Of a stretch of DNA of 64,000 bases, positions 19,956-30,376 are shown in pieces. The position numbers were made by a program, and so were the translations under genes. Origin of the DNA: Opitutales bacterium. Its GTDB lineage: Bacteria > Verrucomicrobiota > Verrucomicrobiia > Opitutales > JAFGAQ01. Location: contig JAPXRV010000002.1 in the NCBI GenBank assembly GCA_033813415.1, positions 23,432 through 87,431 of the forward strand, written 5' to 3'. The notes under the pieces are model-generated. The model was not told where the DNA came from. It was given only the letters and a program-made list of their open reading frames with translations, and ran no database searches. Within the stretch, counting starts at the first letter, position 1, and every line of letters starts with the position of its first letter.

Positions 19956-22007
19956 TCAGGAAGCTTCCGGTATGGCCGGCTCCGGATCGGACCACCGGCC
20001 GTGTTGCCGGATGAGGTCGATCAGATGGTCCACGGCTTCCCCCTCTGGGATGCCGGTTTTGACGCAGGTCTTTCCGACGTAGAGATTCACTTTGCCGGGT
20101 GCACCTCCCACGTATCCGAAATCGGCATCGGCCATTTCTCCGGGACCGTTGACGATGCAGCCCATGATGGCTATGGTCACGCCTTTGAGGTGTCCGGTTC
20201 TGGCCCGGATGCGTTGGGTGGTGGATTGCAGGTCAAAAAGGGTGCGTCCACAACTTGGGCATGCCACGAACTCGGTTTTGGAGATCCGGCTGCGTGCTCC
20301 CTGGAGGAGGGTGTAGATCCGGGGCAGTGTCTCCTTGAGTGGTTGGTCGCCTTCAATGCTGACGATGTTGCCGAAGCCATCGCAGAGCAGGGTGCCGGTG
20401 AGAATACTGTGGAGCAAAAGCGCGGACTCCTCCGGGTTTTCGTCGGAATCCCGATTTCGGATCCAGAGCGGAGGATGGCTTCCCTTTCTTGCAAACGTTT
20501 CGACCAGGAGGCGGTGGTATCCCACAGGAGTCAGGTCGTTCGGGATGGCTGCTGTTGTTATGAGAAAGGGTTGGGAACCGGTAATGGAGAGAATCGAGTC
20601 GACAGATTTTTCCTCTATCGGGGCTCCGAACCAATCCACTGCTAACGTGATGCCATCAAGCGGAAGACCGGAAAGAAGTTTCGTCCCTTCTTGGATCAGT
20701 CTTGGCATCGGGAGATTTACGATCCATGACAGCCTGGATCGCATGTCCGCATGGATACAATCCTCCACAGTCAAGCCCTCTGGGAGGCCATCGACGATGA
20801 TCCCGTGAATCGCTCCGGCCAGCGCCTCGGAAAGGCTGTTGAGCGCGGGTAGCGTTGATGCATCTGTTCCATCTACGACCAACCACTCGATAGGAGCGTC
20901 CTTGTTGCGCATTTGGATGGCGGCGATGGATTGGCTGAGCGCTTTTGGATCAAGCGGGGATGGGGCTCTGACCGCGACCATTGGCGGGTTTTTCGCATCC
21001 AACACACATGAATCGGAAATGCGGATGGGTTCAACTGGTCTGCGCCCGGGATGGAAAGGATCAAACACCGCCTCAGTCCATGGAGTGGATGCGGTGTTGT
21101 TGGCCCAAAGGCGGTGAGCCCAGTTGGCGAGTTCACGTGCCACCGGCACCTCGCATTCGGGATCTTCGGTCAGTGAAACCCGCAGGGTGTCGCCGAGTCC
21201 ATCCGCCAGAAGCGAACCCATGCCGATGAAACTCTTGACCCGCGCGTCTTCGCCGTCTCCCGCTTCGGTGACTCCAAGGTGGAGAGGGTAGTGCATGTTT
21301 TCCGCCGCCATTCTAGCGGTTGCCAGACGATAGGCGGCGATCATCACCTTCGGGTTGCTCGCCTTCATGGAAAGAACGAGGTCCCCGAATCCATGGGACT
21401 CCGCGATCCGGACGATCTCAAGCGCACTCTCGACCATTCCTTCGGGTGTATCTCCGAAGCGGTTCATGATCCTGTCGGAAAGGGAGCCGTGGTTGGTGCC
21501 GATGCGCAAGGCTCTTCCAAGTTCTTTGCAGCGGAGAATCAGTGGACTGATTTCCTCATAGAGCTTTTGAAGTGCCTCCTGATAGTCGGACTCGGAGTAG
21601 GTTTTGACCTTGAAGCGTTTGGTGTCGGTGTAGTTTCCGGGGTTGATTCTGACCTTCTCGACATGTTCGGCTGCTTCGAGGGCGGCCTTTGGGAGAAAAT
21701 GAATGTCGGCCACGAGGGGTTGATCGAATCCATCCGCGCTGAGTTTCCTGCGGATATCGGCCAATACGCGGGCAGCTTTGAGTGTCGGAGCGGTGATCCG
21801 GATGATCTCACAACCCGCTTCCGCGAGCCTGCGCGCCTGCGCGACGGTGGCATCGACATCCTCTGTCGGTGTCGTCGTCATGGACTGGATGGCGATCGGA
21901 TGCGTGGCGCCGATGCGGACATTGCCAATTCGCACTTCGGAAGTCATCCGCCTTACTGGATATAGGCGGGATGTGCAGTATTTCGGGTCTGGATTCTGGT
22001 GCGTCAT
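19956..22007 (-). CDS. ispG: 4-hydroxy-3-methylbut-2-en-1-yl diphosphate synthase, long form with insert domain
   Basis: 683 aa. The N-terminal TIM-barrel part is present (IGATHPIAIQSMTTT). The C-terminal Fe-S part contains FVACPSCGRTLFDL and IMGCIVNGPGEMADADFGYVG. A ~300-aa insert separates them, as in plant/chlamydial-type enzymes. Confidence 0.9.
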   Translation of the reverse strand: MTHQNPDPKYCTSRLYPVRRMTSEVRIGNVRIGATHPIAIQSMTTTPTEDVDATVAQARRLAEAGCEIIRITAPTLKAARVLADIRRKLSADGFDQPLVADIHFLPKAALEAAEHVEKVRINPGNYTDTKRFKVKTYSESDYQEALQKLYEEISPLILRCKELGRALRIGTNHGSLSDRIMNRFGDTPEGMVESALEIVRIAESHGFGDLVLSMKASNPKVMIAAYRLATARMAAENMHYPLHLGVTEAGDGEDARVKSFIGMGSLLADGLGDTLRVSLTEDPECEVPVARELANWAHRLWANNTASTPWTEAVFDPFHPGRRPVEPIRISDSCVLDAKNPPMVAVRAPSPLDPKALSQSIAAIQMRNKDAPIEWLVVDGTDASTLPALNSLSEALAGAIHGIIVDGLPEGLTVEDCIHADMRSRLSWIVNLPMPRLIQEGTKLLSGLPLDGITLAVDWFGAPIEEKSVDSILSITGSQPFLITTAAIPNDLTPVGYHRLLVETFARKGSHPPLWIRNRDSDENPEESALLLHSILTGTLLCDGFGNIVSIEGDQPLKETLPRIYTLLQGARSRISKTEFVACPSCGRTLFDLQSTTQRIRARTGHLKGVTIAIMGCIVNGPGEMADADFGYVGGAPGKVNLYVGKTCVKTGIPEGEAVDHLIDLIRQHGRWSDPEPAIPEAS

Positions 22008-22080
22008 GACAACTTTACAATATCAGAGAGCCATGCCTGAAGTGAAGAAGAGCACAAAACCCCGAGTCCGGGTTTTCACT

Positions 22081-23946
22081 TCATTGGTCTGCGGATTGGG
22101 CGTCTTCGGGAGCTGGTCTGGGTATTTCAGGTGCGGACAGAAACTGGGGTTTGATCGCCAGCTTGCGGTACTGTTCGTAGTCATGCTCTTCGCGGACGTC
22201 ACCGTGCCACCTGACGCTGTCCTTAACGATCACAAAGATGATAAGGCCGAACAGCATGATCATGAAAGTGGCCTGAAGGCTGGCGACGATCCTCAAGGGA
22301 AGTGGTTTTTTGCGGAGTTTGCCAATGATTGCGAAAAGAATGTGGCCTCCGTCCAGAACCGGAATTGGCAGCAGGTTCAGGATGCCGAGGTTGACATTCA
22401 TGAGGATCAGGAAGGCCAGGAGCAACCGGACGTCGACCTGGGTGAGGTCGCTGAGGACCCTGACGATTCCCACCGGGCCGCTGAGGTGGCCCACGCTGAT
22501 GTTGGAACCCGGATGGAACAGTGCCTTGAGTATGCGGAAGGTGAGATCGATCTGTTTGTTAAACTGGGTGAGGGGCGGAATGTGCGTGATGCTGATACTG
22601 TCCTGGATTGCGAACCCCACCATGGGTTGGGTTTGCGGTGGGACGGTCCGATGACGGATGGACGAGAACAGCAGGGGTATCGATTGAGTTGCATCGTTTC
22701 GTCCGATTGTGACCTGAGCCATTGGACCTTCCGCTCCGGAAAGCAACGAAACGAGACCTGCAAGGGAGTTAACGGTTTTTCCGTTGATGGCAATGATGCG
22801 GTCTTCCGGTTGAAATGCGCGTAGGCTTTCGGCGTGGTCGCTGTGGATCTGATGAAGCATCAGTGCCACTTCCGCCTCAGGGTTCAGATTGGGGCGATCC
22901 TGACTGTCCGGCCAGTCCGGACGGACCGTGAATCTGGACTCGAGTTGATTGCGCAGGAGCGTAAATTCCAGAACAGGTCGGGTGAGCGCCATGGTTACCG
23001 GCTGAAGGGAAATGACCTCAGTGGCGCCACCGCGTTCGATCGTGAGCGAGGTTGCCTTGTCCGGATGGGCCGTGAGCAGATCCACAAAAGTCTGCAACCT
23101 GAACAACTGAACTCCATCGGCTTCTATCAGACGATCACCGGGTATGAGCCCTGCTTTCTCAGCCGGAGAGTCGGCCGTAACGGAATGGATGATGAGTTGT
23201 TGAGCGGGTTGGATTCCGATTGTGCGTATCGGATCCCGGGATGATACATTGTAGTACGTCAGTATGGGACGAATCTGGAGCTGCAAAACCTCACCGTTGC
23301 GTCCGACTTCGAGATCAAGGCTGGGTTTGCCATCAGAATCCCGTCCCATTCCGGTCATGATCGCCTGCTGGATGTCGCCGAAGCCATCCACCGTGCTGCC
23401 GTCCACTTTCAGGATACGGTCTCCCGGGCGGAGTCCAGCCTGATGTGCAGGCCCTGGGACTTGTTCACCGTCGATACTGAGGGTTGAGCTCACGTATCCG
23501 ATCTGGTTGGTGAGCATTTCATCGGAGGCTGGTTGTCCCGTCCACCAGAGCAGGCATGCAAGGAGGAAAGCGAAAACAAAGTTGAAGAATGCACCTGCCG
23601 CCGAGACAATTACTTTGTCTGCGAAACTGATCGGCGGCAGTTCTACGCTCTCGTCAATCTGATCGGTCGGATTGCCGCCTTCCACCCGGCCCATTTCCGC
23701 GAGTTGGGGCAGTGCGACGTAGCCGCCGAGCGGAAGCCAGGAAATCCGGTAGTCCACTCCATCGCGGGTCCAGCCCATCATTTTAGGGCCCATCCCAATC
23801 GAGAAGCGGGTGACTTTGAGTCCCCGCTTGCGTGCGGCGAGGAAATGCCCGAGCTCATGAATGAAGATTGAGAAACCCAGGGCGAAAATGGCTACCAGCA
23901 TGAATGGGAGGCTGGCGAGGGTGGACATTATACTGGCTAGAATCAT
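22081..23946 (-). CDS. rseP: RIP site-2 metalloprotease (RseP/M50 family) with PDZ domains
   Basis: 621 aa. The HExxH motif is in IHELGHFLAARK, PDZ-like segments are present, and the C-terminal motif is NLLPIPVLDGGH. It overlaps the dxr stop by 4 nt. Confidence 0.85.
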   Translation of the reverse strand: MILASIMSTLASLPFMLVAIFALGFSIFIHELGHFLAARKRGLKVTRFSIGMGPKMMGWTRDGVDYRISWLPLGGYVALPQLAEMGRVEGGNPTDQIDESVELPPISFADKVIVSAAGAFFNFVFAFLLACLLWWTGQPASDEMLTNQIGYVSSTLSIDGEQVPGPAHQAGLRPGDRILKVDGSTVDGFGDIQQAIMTGMGRDSDGKPSLDLEVGRNGEVLQLQIRPILTYYNVSSRDPIRTIGIQPAQQLIIHSVTADSPAEKAGLIPGDRLIEADGVQLFRLQTFVDLLTAHPDKATSLTIERGGATEVISLQPVTMALTRPVLEFTLLRNQLESRFTVRPDWPDSQDRPNLNPEAEVALMLHQIHSDHAESLRAFQPEDRIIAINGKTVNSLAGLVSLLSGAEGPMAQVTIGRNDATQSIPLLFSSIRHRTVPPQTQPMVGFAIQDSISITHIPPLTQFNKQIDLTFRILKALFHPGSNISVGHLSGPVGIVRVLSDLTQVDVRLLLAFLILMNVNLGILNLLPIPVLDGGHILFAIIGKLRKKPLPLRIVASLQATFMIMLFGLIIFVIVKDSVRWHGDVREEHDYEQYRKLAIKPQFLSAPEIPRPAPEDAQSADQ

Positions 23947-25106
23947 GTATGGATGAATTGCTGACTGATGCGGCGTGCTGCGGTGTCGCTTTGAATAATA
24001 TCTTCGATGGATTGTGGAGCGACCTGATCTGCGGACGCAAGCGTATGTGCGATTACTGCCGGGATCCGGTCGAAGGCAATCTTATAGTCAAAAAAGGCCG
24101 AAACCGCAACTTCATTGGCTGCGTTGTATACAGCCGGGGCGGTTCCTCCCGCTTTCAGTGCCTCGATCGCCAGATTGAGGCATGGGAATCGATGCGGATC
24201 CGGAGGCGAGAATTCCAGGTTGATACCGGCTGAAAAATCCAGAGGACGGTCGATTCCGGTGACGCGATCCGGGTAGAGCAGGCAATTCTGGATCGCGAAG
24301 CTCATATTGGGTGGCGACATCTGCGCGAGAACCGACCCGTCCACCCACTGCACCATGGAATGCACGATGCTCTGTGGATGAATGACCACCTCGATCTGGT
24401 CCGGCCTCAGGTCGAAGAGCCACTTGGCTTCGATGACCTCGAGTCCCTTGTTTGCCATGGTGGCGGAATCCAGTGAGATCTTGGGGCCCATTTTCCATTT
24501 TGGGTGCCGGATCGCCTCCTCGGGGGTGATCGATGCGAGGGATTCAAGAGGGGTGTGCAGGTAAGGCCCGCCGGATGCCGTGAGCAGGATTTTTTGGACA
24601 TGCCGGGAGGGTTCATCCCGGATGCATTGAAAGATCGCATTGTGTTCGCTGTCAGTCGGGAGCAGCAGGTTTTTGTGCTCGCGAACCAAGGGCAGGATGA
24701 ATTCTCCAGCCATCACGAGGATTTCCTTGGATGCCAGTGCGATGGATTTGCCGCATCGGATGGCTTGGATGCAGGGAATGAGGGCGGTGGTTCCTACTAC
24801 GGCAACGAGAACCATGTCGGCTTCGGGCATGGTGGCGATCTCGATCAGCCCATCCATACCGGTGTGGATTCTCGACCCTGCGGGAAATCGGGAAGCAAGT
24901 GAAACCGGGGTCTCTGTTCGGGGATCAAAGACCGCGATGTCCCTGACCTTGAACTCATGCGCGATCGCGGCGAGGTTTTCCACCCGTGAGCGGCCCGCGA
25001 TGCCCACCAGTTCAAGCCGGTCACTGTGGGCGCGGATGACGCGAAGGGCGTTGGTTCCGATGGATCCGGTTGCTCCCAGAATGACAATGCGGCGTTTAGG
25101 GTTCAT
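23943..25106 (-). CDS. dxr: 1-deoxy-D-xylulose 5-phosphate reductoisomerase
   Basis: 387 aa. NADPH motif ILGATGSIGTNAL, plus LTASGGPY and HPQSIVHSMVQ. Confidence 0.95.
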   Translation of the reverse strand: MNPKRRIVILGATGSIGTNALRVIRAHSDRLELVGIAGRSRVENLAAIAHEFKVRDIAVFDPRTETPVSLASRFPAGSRIHTGMDGLIEIATMPEADMVLVAVVGTTALIPCIQAIRCGKSIALASKEILVMAGEFILPLVREHKNLLLPTDSEHNAIFQCIRDEPSRHVQKILLTASGGPYLHTPLESLASITPEEAIRHPKWKMGPKISLDSATMANKGLEVIEAKWLFDLRPDQIEVVIHPQSIVHSMVQWVDGSVLAQMSPPNMSFAIQNCLLYPDRVTGIDRPLDFSAGINLEFSPPDPHRFPCLNLAIEALKAGGTAPAVYNAANEVAVSAFFDYKIAFDRIPAVIAHTLASADQVAPQSIEDIIQSDTAARRISQQFIHT

Positions 25107-25150
25107 CGGAATACGGCGGATGGGTGGGTTCGGATGGTCGCAACGGATAG

Positions 25151-26062
25151 CTATCCGAGGATGAAGTATTTGATGATCAAATACCCGGTCGGGCAGGCGG
25201 CCACAAGACTATCGGTCAAATCGTAAATGCCTCCGATTCCCGGCAGTATCCCTCCGGAGTCCTTTGCTGAACATGAACGTTTGACGGATGACTCGAAAAG
25301 ATCGCCGACCATGGCCATGACAGCGATGGCCGCACCGGCAATGACAACCTTTATGGCCCAGATGTGAGGCGTGTGGGTTCCCAGTGTCCGCTCGGGGAAA
25401 TCCCAGAAGGTAAAAAACGCGAGAGCGGCTACCGAAGCAATTACCACGCCTCCGATGGCTCCCTCGATCGTTTTCCCCGGGCTGATGCTGGGCGCCAGCT
25501 TGTGGCGTCCGATTTGAGATCCCACGAGCAGTGCCCCCATGTCCATGATTTTTGCAACTCCGATGACCATCACGCCCCAGCGTAGAACGGTGCCTTGTGG
25601 AAATCCGTGTGCCATTAGCATGTCAAGCTGGAGGATCACGCTGCAAAACGGCAGAGTGATGCCCCATATCGCGAACTCCGGGCGTTTGATGAACGAGGGG
25701 ATTTTGCCTTTGCGTGTGAGGGTGAGGATCTGGGAAAGCAAGAAGAAGAAGAGCATACCATCGATCCACGGAAGCAGTGGATCAGGTTTGAGTTCGCTCC
25801 ATTCGAGAGCGACGTGAAAAACGGGAGGCAGTGCTCCGCAAATCACGAGAATGAAGACAAATACGATAAGCGGTGTCTTGGGGGCGGCGATTCGCATGAA
25901 GTCGCGGGCTGTAAGCGCACACAAAACTGCTACAAGGCCAACCCCACCTTTTAATCCGGAGAGAGCCAGAAACACGGCGATGCCGACAATAAGACAGACG
26001 GTGGTGGTGATGCGGAACCCCCATCGGGTTCCTCCTGTCTGTTTTTTGGGGTGTTCAGTCAT
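25151..26062 (-). CDS. cdsA: phosphatidate cytidylyltransferase
   Basis: 303 aa, polytopic. The C-terminal signature-like region is SSVKRSCSAKDSGGILPGIGGIYDLTDS. Confidence 0.85.
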   Translation of the reverse strand: MTEHPKKQTGGTRWGFRITTTVCLIVGIAVFLALSGLKGGVGLVAVLCALTARDFMRIAAPKTPLIVFVFILVICGALPPVFHVALEWSELKPDPLLPWIDGMLFFFLLSQILTLTRKGKIPSFIKRPEFAIWGITLPFCSVILQLDMLMAHGFPQGTVLRWGVMVIGVAKIMDMGALLVGSQIGRHKLAPSISPGKTIEGAIGGVVIASVAALAFFTFWDFPERTLGTHTPHIWAIKVVIAGAAIAVMAMVGDLFESSVKRSCSAKDSGGILPGIGGIYDLTDSLVAACPTGYLIIKYFILG

Positions 26063-26814
26063 AGGGGAAGTGGGCGTGATGCGATCTGTTCACTGGTCAT
26101 GCCGTAGCGACGCTCGCGGTTCTGGAAATTCTCGAGCGCCTCAGCAAATGCTTTGCGGTCAAAATCGGGCCAGTTGAGCGGACTGTAGATGATCTCGGCA
26201 TAAGCAGCCTGAAGGAGAAGAAAATTGCTGAGTCTGGACTCGCCCGAAGTGCGGATGACGAGATCGGGATCGGGAAGATCTGAGGTGTACAGGCAACGCG
26301 AGAAGGTATCCCAGTCGAGCGCCGCCGGGTCGAGTGCACCCGCCTGTGCCATGGCGATGAGTTTCCGTGCCGCGTCCACTGCTTCCACTCTGGATCCGTA
26401 GTTGAGTGCCAGTGCAAGGGTTCGTGGATACTGCGAGGTCCGGGATTCGACCTGTTCGAGTTGTTCGACGACGCGGGCTGGCAGCTCCTGTTTGCGGCCA
26501 ATCATCCGCAGCCTGACCTGATTTTTGTGCAACAAAGGCTCTTTGATTGTCAGGAACTCGGAAAGGAGGTTCATGAGCGCATCGACTTCTTCGCGGGGAC
26601 GATTCCAGTTTTCGCTGCTGAATGCAAAGAGAGTGAGCACCTCGAGGTTGATTTCGGAAGCGCACTGTAGGATGTTCTCAACATTGATTACTCCCCGGCG
26701 ATGACCTTCAACTCTGGGTAGCCCATGCTGTTTGGCCCAGCGTCCGTTTCCGTCCATGATAATGGCAATGTGACGGGGGATGACAGAAAAACGGTTTGTC
26801 AGCGGCTCTTGCAT
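26059..26814 (-). CDS. uppS: isoprenyl transferase (undecaprenyl diphosphate synthase)
   Basis: 251 aa. Motifs HIAIIMDGNGRWAK and IRTSGESRLSNFLLLQAAYAE. A 4-nt overlap with the cdsA start is present. Confidence 0.95.
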   Translation of the reverse strand: MQEPLTNRFSVIPRHIAIIMDGNGRWAKQHGLPRVEGHRRGVINVENILQCASEINLEVLTLFAFSSENWNRPREEVDALMNLLSEFLTIKEPLLHKNQVRLRMIGRKQELPARVVEQLEQVESRTSQYPRTLALALNYGSRVEAVDAARKLIAMAQAGALDPAALDWDTFSRCLYTSDLPDPDLVIRTSGESRLSNFLLLQAAYAEIIYSPLNWPDFDRKAFAEALENFQNRERRYGMTSEQIASRPLPL

Positions 26815-27108
26815 ACAATGGGAGGTGAGCTAACACGGAAAAATGCGACCCGCCAAGCCTAGAGCGGCTCGATTGGGCATTTTCCTGCTCATGTTGCGGT
26901 GTCCGGGATGTCGCGGATTGGAAGGATACAGTAGGTCGAGATGCGGTTGAGGTGCGAATCCGATGGCATTCGAAGGGGGCATGAACTGCTTTAGGTGGGA
27001 AATCACAGACAAATCCAAATCACCAGGCTTTTGGGTTTGTGGGACGATCGAAGTATCTCATAATCGCGTATAGAACTGATTCCTTCTCCCCACCTCTGAT
27101 CTCATTCC

Positions 27109-28941
27109 ATGGCCTCACCCGCTTTGAATTTGTCTATCCGGATCGCAAGCTTCGGCCTGTTATTTGTTTTGTTCATTTCCTTTCATGCCGGGGGTGCTTT
27201 ACCCGATAGAGAAGCGATCCGGGCTGAACTTACCCGAATTGCCGAGGATCACAACATCCCATCGATCGGCTATGCGTTTGTCAGTCACGAAGACGGTGTG
27301 ATAGCGGATGCCGTGGGTATGGCGGATGTCGAGCGGGGGATTGCGGCGGGTCCGGTGGGGTCGATTACAAAAAGCTTTGTTGCTCTTGGGGTGTTGAAGC
27401 GGGTACATGAAGGTGCGCTTGATCTGGACGCGAGGCTATCCGAGTTGTTGCCGGATTTGGAGTTTCAAAACGATTGGGAGCACTCGCATCCGGTTCGATT
27501 GCGTCACCTGATGGAGCACACATCCGGTTTTCCCGACTTCAAGTTGAAGGACTTTCTGTTGCCCCCGGGGACGCCTCTTCCCGAATTGGAGGCGGTGGTT
27601 CGTATGAGAACCGGGCAATGGCGGTGTCGATGGCAGCCGGGAACGCGTTGGGCCTATTCGAATATTGCGTATACGTTGCTCGCCCACATTTTGGAGCGGA
27701 ACAAAGGTGTCCCGTATCATGATTATCTGACGGATCTGATTTTGAGGCCGGCCGGGATGGACGACGCGGATTTCCTTGGCCGGAATTTGGAGCGCCTTGT
27801 TCGTTCATGCGGCGCATCTGGCAAGCCTGTGCAGGCAGTTCCGATCAACGATCATCCGGCCGGTTATCTGCATGCCACACCGATGGATATGGGGAACTGG
27901 ATGCTATTTCTCCTCGATGAGCCGGATTGGCTACCCGCCGGAGGACTGGAGGCAATCAGCCGGCCGGGTTCAATTGTGGGGGCCGGTAATGGGCTGATGG
28001 GGTATGGACTTGGTTTCTATGGAGGCGAATCAAAGGGGCGTGTTTTGCTCGGGCACAATGGAGGAATAGAGGGTTTCCTGTCGAAATATTTGGTAGCCCC
28101 CGAATCGGGGGTAGGTTACTATTATTCTCTCGCTCGCGCGAATGGCGTGGCATTTGAGGCGGTCAATACCTACTTTCGGAATCTCGTGATGGATAACCGG
28201 AGTGCGGTGGAACCCACTCCGTCCGTTGCGGTGCCTGAGCCTGGAATTGAAGGTTGGTATCGTCCGGCTAGCTACCGTATGGAAGCTATGAAGCTTCCAT
28301 CCGATCTGACCGGTGCGGTTCGCCTCAGGATTGCTGGAGATCAAGTCGTGATGCGCGGACTGACGGGTTTCGAAACAAGGCTAAACGCGCTTGGTCAAGC
28401 ATACTACCGGCTGGCAGATACTGAGCGGCCGACTCACTTCATTGGAAGCTATGAGGGTAAAACTGTGATTTCCACTGGTTTTGCCTATTGGGAGCGTGGA
28501 TCCTTCGTTTCCGTCTGGGCATTGCCGGTGTGTTTCTTTTCCGGCCTACTTGTTTTCCTTTTCCTGCCTGTGGTGCTGTTTGGGATTCATCTTATCCGAA
28601 CGCTTCGAAAACGATGTGAGTTTTCGCAAGTAACATTGTGGCCGTTTCTGGGAAGTCTGACTTTCGTGTTGATAGCGGGCATCATGGTTATTGTAGCGAA
28701 TGCGGCCAACGAATCCGTCAAGATTCTGATCACGCTCAATCCTTACTCCGTGAGCCTGTTGGTATTGTCTTTGTTGTTCCCCTTGCTGTGGTTGTGGAGT
28801 GTGTGTTGCTGGTGGAAGTCCGGACCCCTTATCGGTATGGCGACCCGGGTAATGCTTGGCCTTGCCCTGATCGGGTGGTTTGTGGTGTTGGCCGTATTTA
28901 CCGGATACGGCTACATTCCGGAAATGACATGGCGTTGGTGA
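27109..28941 (+). CDS. beta-lactamase-related serine hydrolase with C-terminal multi-TM region
   Basis: 610 aa with a signal peptide. The SxxK motif is in GSITKSF. The C-terminal ~150 aa contains about four hydrophobic helices. Confidence 0.75.
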   Translation: MASPALNLSIRIASFGLLFVLFISFHAGGALPDREAIRAELTRIAEDHNIPSIGYAFVSHEDGVIADAVGMADVERGIAAGPVGSITKSFVALGVLKRVHEGALDLDARLSELLPDLEFQNDWEHSHPVRLRHLMEHTSGFPDFKLKDFLLPPGTPLPELEAVVRMRTGQWRCRWQPGTRWAYSNIAYTLLAHILERNKGVPYHDYLTDLILRPAGMDDADFLGRNLERLVRSCGASGKPVQAVPINDHPAGYLHATPMDMGNWMLFLLDEPDWLPAGGLEAISRPGSIVGAGNGLMGYGLGFYGGESKGRVLLGHNGGIEGFLSKYLVAPESGVGYYYSLARANGVAFEAVNTYFRNLVMDNRSAVEPTPSVAVPEPGIEGWYRPASYRMEAMKLPSDLTGAVRLRIAGDQVVMRGLTGFETRLNALGQAYYRLADTERPTHFIGSYEGKTVISTGFAYWERGSFVSVWALPVCFFSGLLVFLFLPVVLFGIHLIRTLRKRCEFSQVTLWPFLGSLTFVLIAGIMVIVANAANESVKILITLNPYSVSLLVLSLLFPLLWLWSVCCWWKSGPLIGMATRVMLGLALIGWFVVLAVFTGYGYIPEMTWRW

Positions 28942-29508
28942 CTGGCCAAAGACCGCCAAGCGTCGGCCTCGGCCTTATGACCTTGCGATTCGACCACGCT
29001 CATGATCAAGCAACCGATACCACCTCAGAGGTTGGAATCATGGTGGTCAAAATTTCTGTGGAGGTCAATCACGCGGCGGCTGTATCGGTTGTTCCTCAAT
29101 CGCCTTGTGGGTGCTCAGCATGGGCGTGAAGTTAACGGGGACATATTATGTTCAGTTGCAAGGAGAAAGAAAGCCACGGCTGAAGCCATGGCCCCCGGAG
29201 TTGCATTCCCTTGCTGCGTCGGGTAGGAAGCGGAGTCTTCCGGAGGGGGCGGCTTCAGCCGTCCTCTTCTTCTTACCTCACCGCTACTGGAGGATGAGCT
29301 CCAAGTCGATTGTGCAAATCGCACTCAACAACCGCAGGCTGGAATCCCAGGGAGTTCCCGATCTCAGCGCCATCTGGATTTGTCTTCACTGTGGGCCTAA
29401 AGCCCGTGTCGGATCGGAACCGCTCTGTACGGACCCGTACGCAGGGTGGTGTGGGACCCGTGGCTGTTTGAGATAATCCCTCAATCAGTCCCGGGGACCT
29501 TTTTGGTT

Positions 29509-29847
29509 TCAGGAATTCCCTCCGAGCTTCTCCATCGTGAATGCGACTACTGCGAGAACGAGAAAAAGCGCAACGACGCTCCACATAATGCGCAACGCCC
29601 ACTTTCCCAAGCGCCAAGCCTTCGCCGACTTTGAATCCAAGGCTAAGACCGCAAGAATATTTCCGACGACAAACGAGGGAACGCCGATCGCAAAAGCGGG
29701 CAGAAGAATATCCGGCTCGTATGTCCGGCTGATAACGTGAAGCGCAGGCCAAACGAACAACGCGAAGACGAAAAGCGAAGCACATCCCAACGAACACCCG
29801 CCCGTCGAGGATTCCCGCTCTTGGCTCTTCACATTGTCGATGGTCAT
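29509..29847 (-). CDS. small integral membrane protein, unknown function
   Basis: 112 aa with three or four hydrophobic segments (LFVFALFVWPAL, AFAIGVPSFVVGNILAVLAL, MWSVVALFLVLAVVAF). The overlapping 231-aa ORF in another frame is Arg-rich junk. Confidence 0.4.
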   Translation of the reverse strand: MTIDNVKSQERESSTGGCSLGCASLFVFALFVWPALHVISRTYEPDILLPAFAIGVPSFVVGNILAVLALDSKSAKAWRLGKWALRIMWSVVALFLVLAVVAFTMEKLGGNS

Positions 29848-29980
29848 AGTATTTGCCGAACGTTAAGCTCCGCGACCGCCGACGAAAACGCCCAGTCGGA
29901 TGCAACAGTCGCAGATGACTTATCTGAACCGTCCAACCGACCAGAGGGGCGACGGGTCGCTGCAGCACGTTGGTTGAACG

Positions 29981-30376
29981 TCATGACTTCGTCATCCTCT
30001 TTTTAATATTCTCGTCCATCGTCACAACTGTGAAGTCATCCAAGCTGCTAAATAGCGCCCGACCGTCAGATGATGCGATCCAAAAATGATGATATAGCTC
30101 CAGTTTTCCACTAGCAATCCCACGTTCCACGGTCTCGATGAAGCGGGTAGTAATCGAGTAAGAGTCTGCCTCAAAACTCTTGGGGTCGTCACGATGCGAC
30201 CACTCGCGAAAATTGTGAACAAATGACTCTGTCTCGCTCTGGTCAAAGCTGAGGCGTGAACCTTCCGGGCAAGCACGAAGAAGTGCGACGAAAAACTGCA
30301 TGTCGTCCATACCGAACTCCGTCATCGGATAACTCTTCGGATGTAACAAATTCTTGATGGAGTTGAGAATGCCCAT
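29981..30376 (-). CDS. hypothetical cytoplasmic protein (orphan)
   Basis: 131-aa ORF with a balanced, globular-looking composition and no recognisable motif. The local DNA is AT-richer (24/60 G+C hand count at 29981-30040). Confidence 0.45.
   Translation of the reverse strand: MGILNSIKNLLHPKSYPMTEFGMDDMQFFVALLRACPEGSRLSFDQSETESFVHNFREWSHRDDPKSFEADSYSITTRFIETVERGIASGKLELYHHFWIASSDGRALFSSLDDFTVVTMDENIKKRMTKS

Noticed and set aside
19836-22824. Several long plus-strand ORFs (19836-20645, 21279-21965, 21778-22824) antisense to the methyltransferase, ispG and rseP
   Set aside because: The minus-strand frames carry unambiguous IspG and RseP motifs. The plus-strand products are motif-free shadow ORFs of GC-rich genes.
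26930-26985. tRNA-like T-loop string (gaggtgcgaatccgatgg) in the uppS / serine hydrolase intergenic region
   Set aside because: The flanking bases do not form a T-stem, and no acceptor or anticodon arms can be drawn.
29320-29470. Possible RNA gene or group II intron remnant (…ggagttcccgatctcagcgcca; palindrome gtacggacccgtac)
   Set aside because: No cloverleaf could be drawn, there is no domain V consensus, and no reverse transcriptase ORF is nearby. These are only short palindromes.
29273-29968. 231-aa minus-strand ORF
   Set aside because: It is extremely Arg-rich and shadows the more plausible 112-aa membrane ORF in another frame, so I treated it as non-coding.
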